This document shows positions 35,601 through 49,351 of a DNA stretch of 64,000 nt, piece by piece (the first letter of the stretch is position 1; each line of letters begins with the position of its first letter). This DNA comes from Podarcis vaucheri (lineage: Eukaryota), in assembly GCA_965113315.1 (NCBI GenBank), contig OZ220363.1; one strand, written 5' to 3'. Under the pieces are notes generated by a model. That model had not been told where the DNA came from. It was given only the letters and a program-made list of their open reading frames with translations, and did not search any database. Position numbers and translations under genes: made by a program.

Positions 35601-38600
35601 GAAAAGGAAAATTGTCCGTACAGAAATAAAGCTCTGGTTTTCAAAAGCTTTCTAGGAACTTCTGATGCTAAGAAAACAAGGTTTTCTGCTTAGTCCCATG
35701 ATTTCTTGTAAATCATGCTTTTCCGAATTTCACCCAATTCCTCACTCATGATATGTATTTGCATCCATATGTTACAGAGTCTCTCCTCTCTTCTGCTCCT
35801 CCAGTTGCTTAATATCCTCCAATAAGTCACTGATTCTTCTAGTAACTTATCTGGCCAGTCAGCAGGCTTTAAGCTTTATTACAATTTTGTAGAATCCTGA
35901 GGGTCACCAACTGAAGCCAAGTGTAAAATAGTGCTTCAGGAAGGCAGACACGCATTAAGAATCAAGCACATATTCTGTCCAGGGCAAAAATCCATTCCTG
36001 GTTTCTTTGTTCAAGCCCTTTAATTTAGCGAGGGAATCCTTTTAGTTGTTGCTATCGTCAAACAATTGAGAAACACTTACTGATCTACTGCAAAACACCC
36101 AGAGATCTGCCAAGTGGATCGTGGCCTACCTTCTACCTAATGCTGCTGCTGTCCAGTGTACCATGGGAATAATGGTAGTAAACACGTCCAGGGGGTGCCC
36201 TAACTACCCCATTTGTAGGCTTGTAGCAAAATATACTACTCACAATGGTGTTCACTCAGGGAGATTACCTCCTTTTACCAGGGGTGGCTCCACCAAATAT
36301 TTGTAGGACTCCCATCAGTCCCAGCCAACATGGCAATGGTAAGGAAAATAGGAGTTGTAGTCCATCAACATCTGGAGGGCCACAGGTTCCCCCACTCTGC
36401 TTTATAGGGGAGAAATCAGGTATTAAATGGTCTTCATTCAGGTGAGTAGGCAGTGAAGACTATCACTAGGTTGGGTTTTCAGCCCCCACTTCCCTATTCT
36501 CCTGAGATGGGACATTAGGAGGGTTGCGGAAGAGTGGAGTTAAGTGCCCTCTCTTGAAAAGCTTGTTCTTCGTGTGACCTGCTGCTTAGATCTGCTTGAG
36601 CAGATCTAACTCAGATCTGACCCACTCAGGTTGACCATGGCCGGTTTTAGCCAGGTAGCTTGTATGTATGAATAGCTATGTAATGGGATATGTTCCTCCT
36701 TGAGTTTATATTTTCTCCAGCAGTGGACCATTTCCAAAACGGTCCTGTTCTCCCACACGGTGACGCAAGCACACAGTCCTCATCTGCCTTAAGTTAATGA
36801 AGTTCTCATTGTGACCACAGAGCTAGTAGAAAATGCCTTGCAGAGTACAAAGGATCACTTTCAACTTGTTCCTGCTTGGTGAATCGTGCACAATATGTGA
36901 GTCACCCTCAGAAAGCTACACAATTTTCTGAGGAGAAAATAAACTTAATCTTGGATCGGGGAGCTTTTTTTGTGCAGAATGCAAGGCTTTGTTTTGCTGG
37001 ATCAGGCCAAGTGTCCATCTAGTTCAGCGATATGTCTCCCAACAGGAGCTAGCTGGGTTCTGGAGGAAATTCATAAGCAAGGCATGAGGGTCACCGTCCC
37101 TTTTGGTTTGCAATCAGTTTCTGATAATTGGAACTATACTGCCTCTTAACATTTATTTCTCACAGTTAACAACTACTGGTAGATGTAGGAACCTGCCTCA
37201 CACCAAGGGAGACCACTGGTCCACCTACTACCCTGATAGGCAGCACCTTTCCAGGCTTTCAGATGGGGCACTTCCCTCAGCCATGTCTGAAGATGCCAGC
37301 AATTGGACCTGGGGCCTTTTCCATGCAAAGTACCTGCTCTCCCATTGGGCCACTGCCTGTTCTGTAGCCTCTAACCTGCCCAATCATGGATCTAAAAACT
37401 GTTGTCTTATGCATTCACTTCTGGGTTTGATTGCCACAGTTTCTTAAGCTATGGCTGACATGAAGAAGGCCTTATAAAGCTGGTACTCTCAAGCAGCTCT
37501 ACCCTGCCCTGCAACCAGAAGAATGGCAAACTCAGATGAGAAATATTTAAAGGCAGCAGGTAGGCGCTGCTTGGTTTGGGCATATGCATTACTGCTGAGG
37601 TGTTTTGTCAGCCAAGCTCTATTGCACTGTGGCACACCACCTTGGAAAGATGGGTTGCGAAGGTAGCTGTGTGCAGCTTTGGTGGCATTTATCTTGCAGT
37701 CCCCTGTGCTGCTGAAAGGTACCTGCTTCTTCAGCAGTGTGGGCAAGCAGCTGCAGTAGAAACTTCAAAGAAACACACAGAGTCTTTGGTGCTTTCTGCT
37801 TTTGCTGGCTGTCTGCAGAGAACTGGGGAGTTGGGCTGTTGTTCTGATACGAGGAGAAAAGGCTTCAAAAGAATCTAGACCGGATCACAGATAAGTTGAA
37901 GTTGCACAGCCTACCAAGGTTAGATCTCCAGCCTCTATGACAAAATGAAGGTGAATTCACTAGTACTTTCCCATGGTTCCTTTCATGGTTATGTTCCCTA
38001 CTCCAGTAAGATTTTCTTGTCCTGTTTTTGTACTACTTTATATACACACACTCCATGGCTGAGCATGCAAAGGCAACATATATTAGATTGTATAGTAAAC
38101 TATTCCTTTATGACCCACATTGGCCTAGACCAGAGGTGGACAGCCAGCACCCCTCCATATGTTGTTGGACTCCAACTGTCATCAACCCCACCAATGGCCA
38201 GGCCCAGCTCTGGGATGGAAATAGCCTTGATCACCCTGGTGGATGATGTGCTCTTGAGGAAGGATGGAAGGAGTGCTATCCTGTTAGTATTGAAAGCCAG
38301 GAATGCTTTCACCCATAGTAACCTTCTGGGTCAACTATTGGGTATTGGACTTTGTGGACACTTTATTACTTTTGTTCTTGTTGTTCCATGATGGAAGTTC
38401 TCGGGTGATAATGTTGGGCAACTGTGCCCTATGGCTTTCAAGGTGCCCCAGGGCTCTGTTACGTCTTCCGTGCATTTTAAGAGCTGCATTAAGCTACTGG
38501 GAGAAGTCATCCAAAGGTTGATGACATGGAACTCTGTCTTTCCATCTTCTGATATCAGGTTTTAGAAACTCTAAACTGATGCCTGGAGGCAATTCTGAGA

Positions 38601-41600
38601 TGGATGAGGGCGAACAAGCAGAGGTTAAATCCTGGCAAGGTGGAGGGGCTGTGGGCTGGGATATCCCCCAGATGAAGTTCTACTTCCCCTAAAAGACCCA
38701 AGTCCGCATTGCAAATGCTGCTGGCTTGGGTGCTGAATAGTGAAGCCCAAGTAGTGTTGGTAGCTAGGGTAAGATTCCAGACATCCCTGTTTCCCATGGA
38801 CAGTCCCCAGATTTACAAATCAGTCCCCTGACAAAATTCATCTATTTAGTAGGAAGTTGAAAAGTGTCCCCGGATTCATTGGGGGGAAAATCTGGTAACC
38901 TTAAGCCAGGGGTGTGTTTCAGCTGGTGTGCCAATGGTGGCCATTTCTGCAGAGGACAAAATTAGCCACAGTGATCTATTTCCAGACTAGACACAGATAA
39001 GGCACTCTGCCCGGGGTTGCTTTTAAATAGTGTCTAGAAACTTCAGCTGGTCCAAAAGGCAGTCGCCATAGTCCTGATGGGTATACTGTTGTCAACGTCA
39101 ACAACATCTACATTATAGCAAGTATACTGGCTTTGTAGACCCATTTTAAAGGGCTGGTTTTAAACTTTTAAGCCCTAAAAGGTTTAAGCTGTGAGCTGTC
39201 TGGCAGCAGCTGTGACATCTTGCCCACACACTGAGACCTCAACCAGAGGCCTGCTTGGTGTGTTCACCCCGTAGTTCTGTGAGATTGGTGACCATCAGAG
39301 TGAGAGCACTAGTTTGAGTTGATTAAAATGAGCTCTGCCTAGCTACTGACTCAGCTGCTGTAGTGTTATGGAGTTTGTATGAATATGTCAACTACTCAGA
39401 AGTCTAAAAGAACTGTCAGCGCTCTATGGCAAGCTGCTGGTGAGAAGGAGTTCAGCAGAGAAGGGAGGATCCAGCTCCTTAACAATGGTGATCTACTCTT
39501 AGATTGTGTGTGTGTGAATGTTGTTTACATATTCACATAGTGGGGTGGATATGGGAAGAAATTCAATGTAGCACCATGGCATTGGTTCCGTCAGTGCAAG
39601 CATTTCAGCTCATCAGATGGAATGATTCCCCCCCTTCCCCCAAGCACTGTTCTGGGGGAATCTATCAAGCCCCCTAAGAGCCAATTTTTGGATGGGGGGA
39701 AGCAGTGTTGCGCTAGTGGAGGGACTTGCACAATCTTCTGCTAGCGGGACTCCATTGAATCAAGCCCAAGGAAGATGTTGCACGTGAGGAACATGTACAT
39801 GGGTATTTGTGGGTCTCCATATATATGTTCTAAATGTCACATAACCTAATTACACTCAGCAGAATCTACTGGGTAGGGATGGAGTCGCCCTTGTAACTTA
39901 TCTTTTGCTTTTGTTATTCACAGGAGTCGATTTTAAAATGAAGACTATAGAAGTAGATGGCATTAAGGTTCGAATACAGATCTGGTAAGTGATTTTAGCT
40001 ATTGCAATATAGATCTTCAGACAGAGAGCTGAACTCTGGATCTGGGAGACCAGATGAGAGTTCCTTGGTGTGAATACATTGTGAGAACTTTGGCAAGTTG
40101 CCCATTCTCAGCCTCAGTTCTTTTATCTGTAAAATAGGAATGGCAAGTAACTCAGCCAGCAAGATTGCCATAAAGTGAACATGCAGAGAGATTGTAAAGC
40201 ACTCTGCAGATGAAGTACTTGGTAAATTATCAAAAGTAGCATGGAATCAATAAGTGGTTATTGAACACCATCCTCAAAGAGAGGTCCAGTAGGACTGAGA
40301 GGGAGAGGCCATTTGGGTTCCTGGGCAGTAATGTAACAGGCTGTTATATACCATGTGTGTAGTGTAGCTTTTGTGTGGTTGCCTGAATGGGGACTGGGTC
40401 TGTTTTTCGGGGTGTGGATTAAAGCTCCATGCCTAAACTGCAACAGAGGCCATTTCAAACTACTATTATTGTTGTTATTTAGAAACATATACTTCTCTCT
40501 TTTAGGTAGTTTTAGTACCTACCCCAGCACCACTGGTGCTTTATCCTGTTTTCATGCAATAGAAGGGGAGTGGCTTTGACCCAGGAAGTTTTCCACTTTA
40601 TGGTGTTGGTTTCTATTGGGGGTGGTGAAATACTGGGGTGGGGGTTTTAGATAGCATTCAAATAACTAAATAAAAATAAGTCTTTTTTAAATGGGACACG
40701 GTTGCTTCGTTGTATGTCAGCATGAAAATAATACATCTTTCTGGGAAGACCCTAGATGTGATTATCTTGACAGGAGCAGATTTAAAACTGCCCAGCAGGG
40801 AGCAGCCAAATTGCATAAACCTCCATAGCTGAAGTGATCCTGTGTGTTCTTGGGTGCCTGTACTGCAAGGAAATTGCCTTGTGACAATATTAGTGACGAT
40901 GACCATTTGTGGATCAAAGAGCAAGTCGGTCATAAGATGATACTGGAGAGCAACAATTAGTCATGCTTTATGACGACTTGACTGCAGTTTAGCACAAATC
41001 TGCTGTTTGGGCTTGTCTTCTGACGTGGCAGAAAGTCAAGGCTGCATGTTAGGAAGTGTGTTTGGCAGCTACTTTAGCAGGGGTGAGGAGGAGGAGTTTG
41101 TGTAATGTTGAGAACTGCTCCTGGTTATCCCATCACTCACTTTGCATAATACAGAGGGTGATTTGGGATAATGGGGCCCAGTCCATTACATCAGCTGAGG
41201 CCAGTTACCATTTGGCTCCTCTTCTCCTTGAACTATTTCTGTTCCAGCTGGTCACTCTAAAAACTACCATGTAACTCTTAAGGAACTGATGCCCAGCTTT
41301 TCTTATTTTCCTCTTGCATCATGTATCTTAGTTTGTAAGCCTGTGGGCAGTGGCTCTTTTGTTCTTTAATCTCTGGACAGTGCTTTAATAAATTCTAAAC
41401 AACTTCGTAAATGATTAGCAGAATCCCAACAGTGCACAAGGAGACCTCAGCTTGCACAACAGGACTTCACCTTCCTCTCCTCTCCTTGCAGCCCCTTCCC
41501 CCCTTCCCCATTCCAAAATCTTCTCTGGAGCTTATCCCAACCCTCCAGTGCTGATTTTGCAGCAGGGAGGAGAGGATGGTGAAGTCCTCTTTCATAAGCA

Positions 41601-43616
41601 GAAGTCTGTTCCACTCACTCATGGGCAGCGCTGGATACAACCCAATAGCTGATGATAATAATTCTCTTGTCCGTGTGAGCGCCAACTCTGCTGCAGTCCA
41701 GATGGATCATGTGGATAAAAATTGCAGTGCATGCCCCTCAGTCTGTGTGTAACTTGGAGCAACTCTAATGACGCCTGCTTTTGTTCCAGGGACACTGCAG
41801 GTCAGGAGCGATACCAGACCATCACGAAGCAGTACTACAGGAGAGCCCAGGTAAAACTGTTTTCTCCTAGACTAGAAGTAGTACAAAAAGCATGGAGAGA
41901 CCTGGGAAGGACTAGCTGGCTTTTGCAGGAATTGTCCCAGCATTGGTCTCGGTGCTATTTCTCTGACATCTTCATCTGTTGCCAGAGATGCAAGCATAGT
42001 GTAACCAAAATTCATGGAGGTGACCTGACAGAGGTGGACATTCTCTCCATTTTTTGATATTGAGTGGAATTAAACATCGTGCTAAGGAGATCGTCCTGCT
42101 GAATTGAATCTCGCCTCCCTTTCACCCATGCACTATTCTAGGGGTTTTCCCTACCCTCCAAAGCAGAATGGGGGGGGCACAGGGAGAGGAGGGATAATAT
42201 TGTTGCACCAGTGGATCTTGTTGCAGTAGCTTCTGCAAGTGCAACAACTTAGTTGAATCCAGACCATACGTTCTTACTTGGAGACAAAGACACACACAAC
42301 TTTGGGGCTAATGCTGACAAAGGTTAGCACTGGAACACCGAAAGGGTCCCAACATTAAACCTCAGCTAAATTGAAAGGCAGCAAGCCAGAAGTCCCGGGT
42401 TGGGGATGTCAGATGGCCTCGAGGGCTGAAGACAAGCTGCATACTATAGGATTTTAGTGTTACTGCTGCTATCTTGGTGCATAAAATGCAGTGATGTTGG
42501 CCCATGAGAAAGCAATCCAAAAATCCACAGATTGCATGCAGCCTCCCCCACGCAGCCTCTGCCTGTAGGGTGGGCAGAGAGGGAGGAGGCAAGCAGACTG
42601 ATAATGCTCCACAGGAAAGGCGCTGCCTCTCCAGTTAGCTGCAGAGATCGAAGATATCTCTCCCCTCCACGTCTTTCCCGTGGGGCAGAGGCTGCGTGGG
42701 GGAGGCTGCGTGTGTGACCTGTTTTGTCTTTGCGCAGCTCCATTTGTGTGCGGGCGGTGCAACGTTACACAGAAGGAGCGCAAGGCACGATGTTTCACTA
42801 ATGTTAAAGGCACGGGGGGGGTATTACTTCAGTCGCCGCGCTCCTCCTGTGTAACTTTGCGTCACCGGCACACAAATGGAGCTGCGCGAAGACACTGCAC
42901 GGCAAAAACAGACTGCCTACAGCCTCCCTCCCCACTGTAGGGCGGGCAGAGTGGGAGGAGGTAAGCAGACTACGGAGGCCCCACAGCTTGCCACTACCAG
43001 GAACTGCAAGTGCTAGAGCAAGTTCCGTATTTATTTATATATTTGCTATATTCCATGGATAAGACAACCAATGTTTTTAGACCTAAAAAATTGGGTGAAA
43101 AACCTCGCCTTATAAATGGAAAAATACGGTAAATATTGTGCCCCCTGACTGCTGCCTGTAGGTCACCTGTTGCCTGCCGTTTGATGCCCTGAGCCATAGT
43201 GGTGCTAGATCTCTGAGACATGAAGCCTAGTGTATAAGAAGCGTTTAGTAAAACTGCAGCCAAAGAAGCCTGCTGTATATCTGCAGGGAATGCAGACTGA
43301 TTAGCCAGGTCCCCAGGAGGAAAGACTGACATATTCATTAAACAGTTGTCTGTTATCTAGTATGGTGGCAGCCTGCTCTGTAACAATCTTGTAGGAACAA
43401 CTGTCAAAACACAAATGCTTTTGGTTTATCGGTAGTAGTTAAAGGCCACATCTGCCGTGAAGGTTTCACAATGAGCTTGGCCTACATGCAGATGCATGCA
43501 GAATCTAACAGGACAGAAGAAAGAATAATCCCCAAATGTCTAGTTCCTCTTCTTCAACCCTCCAGCATAATTCCTGGCCAGAGGGTGCATAGGGAATATC
43601 CTATTAAATTAACAGT

Positions 43617-43659
<43 letters not shown>

Positions 43660-46600
43660 CTTCCCTGTAAGTAGAAGTCATTTCACCTTTGGGTTTATGT
43701 TGCACGTTTTACTCCATTCTGTTTTCTTGACCTGGTTCTCTCCCCAGGGGATATTCTTGGTGTACGACATCAGCAGTGAGCGCTCATACCAGCACATCAT
43801 GAAATGGGCCAGTGACGTAGATGAGGTAAGTGAGGAGGTCTCCCTGCTTCTTCCCCCTATTGTTGGGGACTATTGGCCCCAGTGTGGGAGAAGTTGCCAT
43901 GGCAAAATCCGATGAACTGCTCCTGCTCAAGGCCTGTGTGTGTGTATATATACATGCACTCTCTTGTCTTGAGAAGCCTTGTTCAAACAGAGAAATAGCA
44001 CGTTTGGCTTAGGTGCTTGGTTTATCTAGAGATTGTAGGATTAAAATAGCCTTGGGAATTCAACGGACAGTCCGGATGTCCTTGAAAAAGGCATAACACT
44101 TTTGGGATGTCCTTATTTCCTGTAAAAGGACTTTACCTTGTGTAAGCTCCTCAGTATTTAGCAAGTGCTAACTAGAAGATTATGCAGGGACTAGAAGAAC
44201 ATCTAATAAACCTTAACCGTGTTTTAAATCTGAGCTGTATTATGCCATCTCTTCTGTGACAAAAGACTGTTCTTTCTTTTTTAATAATAACTATTATGTT
44301 GTTTTGCATGTAAAGCATCCAGTGAATATTTATGGATAGGTGGCTATGTATATAAATGTAATAATAAATAAAATACACTGCTGTTGAATAACTGGTGGAG
44401 GCATCTTGGATACTGCCAGGGTGCTAACTTTGTGTCCTTGTGCACATACATTCTGCCTTTACACTGTTAGGGAATTTTTATAAATTAGCCTTTGCCAGGT
44501 TGGTGCCCTCCAAATGTGTTGAGACTACAACTCCCATCAGCCTCAGCCAGTTCTGGGGTTGATGAGAGTTGTGGTCCAGATCACCTGGAGGCACTGGGCT
44601 GGTGAAGGTGGTGCCCATTTTTACATGGTGACTCTTAACACTCTGCCACAACTGGCACTGAAGTAATCTGCTGCTTTTGCAGTGAACTTAATGGGGAGAT
44701 GAACAGGTCTGGGCTGAAGGAGATGCTGTTGGGCATGTGCGATCAACTCTGTTGGCCCCTGGGTTTGGGGGGATTTTATAGCTGCCCTGTTTATTTGATT
44801 GGCTTGGTCTGTGGAAGCCTTGTTTTCTGTAAGACCATCCTGCGATTCTTTTAATTGCTTTGTTAAGATCAGAAATGTGTTGGGCGCTGCCATTTTCCAG
44901 ATGTTTGTGTTGCAGTGGTGAAAGAAGCCATTTGCTATGAAAATTCTCTGCCCTGTGCAACAGTTAAAAGGCAACAGGAATGGTGCATTTGACAATCCCA
45001 AGTCTCAACAGTGCGGTACAGCTCAGCTTTTAACTATGCTGCTTCTAATCTGTGCTGATTGGGAAGGGCTAAAGTCTCTCCCTTCTCTCCAGTATGCCCC
45101 AGATGGCGTCCAGAAGATCCTCATTGGGAATAAAGCAGACGAGGAGGAGAAGAGGCAAGTAGGCAAGGAGCAAGGCCTCCAGGTAAACTTCTTGGGTAGC
45201 TGCTAGTTGTTCTTCTTTGAGACCTAAGCCTCACCCATAGCAGATGATATAGTAAAACTGACAGTGCCAGGTGGGTCAGACCATCTACACTGCATTAGGG
45301 TCTCAGACAGGGCTCCCTCATAGCCCTACCTGAAGACGCCAGGGATTGAACCTCAAACCTTCTATATGCAAAGCAGATGCTCTGCTACTGAGCTGTTTCT
45401 CTTCACTCAGGCCTTGTAAATAACGATGTGGTCTGGGCCTCTCTGTTTTTTAATCTGTTTTAACTTTGGTGGTGCAGTGAGTTCTGCTTTCGTTGTATTT
45501 ATGTTTGTGCTTTTTATTTAAATGGTTTTATGTTTTAAATGGTTTTTGTAATTATTAACTGTGAGATGCCCAGAGAACCTTGTTATGGTATGGCATACAA
45601 GTGTCCACTTGCCAGGCAGGCTGTAATGCTAACCAAGGGCCTGGTCAATGGCAGTCTCCACAGCAGCTGTACTAACCACAGGCATTTTTATATGGCTGTA
45701 GTGGCAGCCCCCTTATCCTCCATTTTCAGTGCCGTGTGGGAAACTTATTGGGCTCTGGGGACGGCATTATTCAGAAACCTATGTTTGATTGAAGCCAACT
45801 TGTTCCACACTGTACCACTTCAAACGGCAAAGGGGGCCTCATATGTTTGGATCTTGCCCCATACACCTCCCCAACCAAATTCCTCTATATAAGACAATGG
45901 CATTGTCAGGAACCCTTCTTGCTATGGGATAGGTTCTGTTGTTGTTCTTCAGAAGCACATGCAGTTGTGTGAGACCCCCACATAATCTGGTATAGTCAGG
46001 AACAGGTCGATTGCCTCATCCGCTGTGGGTGTGAACCAGGGCAGAGTCTGATCTAGAAAACTAGATGGTAGGAGCAGTTAAATTTTGTCAACGTCCAGGA
46101 ACTTGTGGAAATGGGTTCTGGAAGCTGGTTTCCTTCTGGCATAGACAAGCTCTGTTTTACAGTGTTCCCGGGTCACTGTTTATATTGGAGATGGCACTGG
46201 GGTCTGGAGCTGGACTTCATTCTACTAGTTTTTCCAGCCCTGGTTAATCAGAGAGACACGCTATGCTTGTAACAGTGCTCTTTTTCCGCATTCAGAAACG
46301 TCAAATGTTACCTAGCCTGTTTTTTAAAAAATAATACAAGTTATCTTTTCAGTCTTGGAGGTGGTGATGTAAGAATGTTCTAGTTTCTTCAAATCTACCT
46401 GTACAATCTATTGACAGTCACTATTGTACCTGTATGTAAAGCTGTCAGAACTTCTGTCTTCCAGCTGGCCAAGGAGTATGGCATGGATTTCTATGAAACA
46501 AGTGCCTGCACCAACGTAAACATCAAAGAGGTAAGAACTCTGCATATGGAACTTCCAGGTGTCTGGTGCTTTGCAGCCAGTGTATCACCTTTGCAGAGCA

Positions 46601-47451
46601 AGTGTAGATACAGAACAAAAGAGAGTTCATGGTGGAAAATCCTTGGGCTCACCTGTAGTTTTTGACCATAGCAGCCAGTAGGCACCTCACCCTTGAGAGG
46701 GAAAGCAAAGTTGCACTATATATTGTTGGAAAATGTAACATATCTATTTTATTTAATCTCAGAAGTACTTACACTTACATATGGTGGTATATCTGGATTC
46801 ACACCCACCCACCTACTGTAGCCTTTCGTGCCATATCCCATACCTGTTCTGGATGGTCTCTAAACCCTCAGGAGTGGGCTACAGTGGGCAGCAGAACTGG
46901 CAAAAATGGGGTCCATTGGATACGCCCCTATGTGTGATAATGTTAGCAGTTAGTGTCAAAACTCATACATAGATGGAGCAGGGCCCACTGTTGATCTCAG
47001 TGGGACATATTTAAGCATGCACATAACTTTCCTGCTTAAAACTGGATTGTAAGTTGACTCTTGCATGTAGTAAATAAAAATTGCCACCAAGTGGGAAGCC
47101 AAACTGAAAGTTTGAGAAGTAGTCTTAAAAAAAAAAAGATCTACCTCAAATGTCTAAAACATTTAGACATGTGCACCCAAGCACACTGGTAAATACATTG
47201 TGGGCTAGTAACTTGTGTAGACTTGTTTGCTGATCTAAAGCTATGTACTAAACCTCACTTTTTTAAAAAACAACAACCCTCATCTCTTTCAGTCTTTTAC
47301 TCGTCTGACAGAGCTAGTCCTGCAGGCCCACAAGAAGGAGCTGGACGGACTCCGCACGTATGCGGCTGATGAACTGAACCTGGTTGAGCTGGAGGAGGAG
47401 GCAAGCAAGCCAGAGGGCACAGAGCACTCCCCCAAGACCTGCTGGTGCTGA
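32187..47451 (+). CDS. RAB15: Ras-related protein Rab-15, whole gene span (7 coding exons, 639 nt CDS, 212 aa)
   Basis: [23 protein letters not shown]-loop, WDTAGQE, GNKAD and ETSA motifs; C-terminal CWC prenylation motif; GT-AG introns. Confidence 0.98.
33780..33950 (+). mobile_element. SINE-like dispersed repeat
   Basis: GATACCAGTTGCCGGAAAC...GGCCTGATCTAGCAG; related copies near 52060-52206 and 60958-61075. Confidence 0.6.
33977..34218. mobile_element. Tc1/mariner-type MITE
   Basis: TIR CAGTGGTACC / GGTACCACTG; TA TSD; subterminal GAAGCGTCTGT repeats. Confidence 0.88.
38190..39330 (+). mobile_element. Degenerate L2/CR1-group LINE ORF2 remnant with a nested hAT-like MITE (about 38766-38903)
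   Basis: RT-like fragments ([27 protein letters not shown] = VPQGS, LNPGK, LQLVQ) broken by stops and frameshifts. Confidence 0.7.
39924..39984 (+). CDS. RAB15: RAB15 exon 2 ([20 protein letters not shown])
   Basis: 61 nt; cacag acceptor, gtaagt donor. Confidence 0.97.
40020..40225 (+). mobile_element. Degenerate MIR/CORE-SINE
   Basis: CORE-like TTGGCAAGT...AGCCTCAGTT...ATCTGTAAAATAGG...GTAAAGCAC. Confidence 0.6.
41790..41850 (+). CDS. RAB15: RAB15 exon 3 ([20 protein letters not shown])
   Basis: 61 nt; ttccag acceptor, gtaaaa donor. Confidence 0.97.
42538..42971. repeat. Cluster of inverted and direct repeats, probably the interior of a DNA transposon
   Basis: Perfect 26-bp inverted repeat 42538-42563 / 42684-42709; imperfect 56-bp inverted repeat 42726-42781 / 42838-42893; 37-bp direct repeat at 42563 and 42935. 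Confidence 0.8.
43620..43657. repeat. (CA)n microsatellite
   Basis: Seen directly. Confidence 0.95.
43748..43825 (+). CDS. RAB15: RAB15 exon 4 ([26 protein letters not shown])
   Basis: 78 nt; ccccag acceptor, gtaagt donor. Confidence 0.97.
45093..45182 (+). CDS. RAB15: RAB15 exon 5 ([30 protein letters not shown])
   Basis: 90 nt; ctccag acceptor, gtaaac donor. Confidence 0.97.
45275..45395 (-). mobile_element. tRNA-derived squamate SINE
   Basis: GGGATTGAACC B-box complement; similar to the 57041 copy. Confidence 0.7.
46465..46530 (+). CDS. RAB15: RAB15 exon 6 ([22 protein letters not shown])
   Basis: 66 nt; ttccag acceptor, gtaaga donor. Confidence 0.97.
47293..47451 (+). CDS. RAB15: RAB15 exon 7 coding part ([16 protein letters not shown]...PKTCWC*)
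   Basis: tttcag acceptor; TGA stop at 47449-47451. Confidence 0.97.
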   Translation, partial: SFTRLTELVLQAHKKELDGLRTYAADELNLVELEEEASKPEGTEHSPKTCWC

Positions 47452-49345
47452 AAGCCTCCCAGTGCTCTTCCTTTTCTTCTGTCCCCCAGTGCAGGCAGAG
47501 AGGCTGCCACCTAGAGAGGGCTCCATCTCTTTGGTCTCTGGTTGCCTGCCTGCCTGCCTGCCTGCCCACTCTCTGCCCTGCTGGATCCTCTTTGGATTTC
47601 CTGGTGTTTCTCCTTGATTGGTGATTTCTGTTGTTCCCCCAAACTCCCTGGATCCAAATCTCTCTTCGGGGGGGCTCACAATATGCAGAACATCACCCCG
47701 CCACCTTTGCGGAAGAGCTGTGGTTGGCGATCGCAGCAGCCGAGGCCCATTCAGCAGCCTCTCAACCTCCAGGTGCTCTGCAGCCTTGCCCTTTTCCAAG
47801 GGGCAGCTGAGCCGGTTGGGTTCTGTGCCTGGGTGCAACTAGGCCTGTCCTCTTGAGAACAGGGCGCTCAAGGAGGGAGGAATGCCCCGCTTCATTCACT
47901 CTCCTCCAGACAGACCGTTTGCTTGCACACCCTCAATAGCAGGCCTGCTGAAGGCTTGTCCGTTTGTATCCGCCCCCCGCCCCCCATACATTGCCTTGCC
48001 ATTTCAGCATCTGCCCTAATGCCTGCACAGCTTTGTGCAGGGTTGGGGCTTTGCGGCTGTATTGGATACAGTGTCTTGTACATACCTGGCTGCCTGGAGG
48101 TTGTTGTTAAAAAAGACCTCTCACCACGGCACCTCGCCAAATTGGGGCTTGTTCCAAAGTGCACAGTGGCATCTCTTGCCCTGCTAAGTGTAAGCTGCTG
48201 GGAGCAGCAAAAGTATAGCCCTGCTGGGAAAGGGGTAGGATGATGGAAATTTGGGGCTTTAAATTCAGACTCGCCTTACCAGTTGCAAAGAATGTTTGCT
48301 TCTTCCCAGGCCAAACTAGGCTCCCATTTTGTAACTCCTTGGAGCCTTGTCTTGCACACCAAGCAAAATCCTTGCCTACTATTATTTACTCGAAGATTTT
48401 TGTATGGCATCTTTGCTTGGCTCCCCTTGGGTATCCCTGGTGGTGCAGGTACATCAGGCAGCTGCTTAGTCTATATCCCTGCACCAATGGAGGCAGAGAG
48501 CCCACCCTATCTGTGTGTCACCTGTGTGGAACTGGCTTTGAGAGCCCCCTTGGAATGACTTTCCCAACTATTCACCAAATCGCTGATATGGAAACACACT
48601 GTAATCTGTGCATAGAGCCTTCCCTCATTTGTTTCTTCCCACTCTTGAGGTCCAACCTGTAAGAAGTTGCTCAAGACCCTTTCGTGGGCTCTTTTTAGAA
48701 GTTCTTCCACAGAAGGAATTTCCTTGGCAACTCAGCCTGGTAGATTCCAGGGTATCCAATTTATTTGGTTCTTTTGCCATGTGCTGCTTAACATGGCTTG
48801 ATCCAAGGAAACTGAAACCAGCCTGCCTGCCTGCATGTTGTACCAGCATCCCCCTCTCGCCTTGACATGCTTGGCGGGGGAGGCCTTAAGACACTTGGCA
48901 GTATGTCATGGTAATTCTAATCTATATGCGCCTGCCTGCTCCAGAGTAGCTGCTCCCTGCGTGCCAACACCATGGGGAGGCTAAGACTCCTTTCCCTTCC
49001 TACGTACATGCCAGCAATGGGCTACATTTGCGGATCTAGAAAGGATGGGTGTCAACCGGAGGCTTTCTGGGTGGGATGGCGGTGCATAAGTCCTCCTGCT
49101 GCCTAGAGAGGCTGCCTTTGATGGAGGGGGTGGGGCTTAGGCACGATCCATTTGAGCAATAGAAAATGGTTCTTATATCCATGTGATGATCTGCCCTTCC
49201 CTAGCCAGGTCATACCAGAGAGCAGGCTGATCTACATTTCCCTGCTCGTTTTTCCTCTTCCTCCTCCAGTTGGTTGGTGACTTTCTCTCTCAGAGCAGAT
49301 GAAAAATATTTTTACCCAGTGAAGGAGAGGAAGGATAGTAGCAGG

Positions 49346-49351
49346 AATAAA
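49346..49351 (+). terminator. Candidate proximal RAB15 polyadenylation signal AATAAA
   Basis: AATAAA about 1.9 kb after the stop codon. Confidence 0.4.

Noticed and set aside
22998-47451. Functional coupling of a prenyltransferase gene with a prenylated Rab
   Set aside because: RAB15 ends in CXC, a Rab geranylgeranyltransferase substrate rather than an FTase CaaX motif; the adjacency is known conserved synteny.
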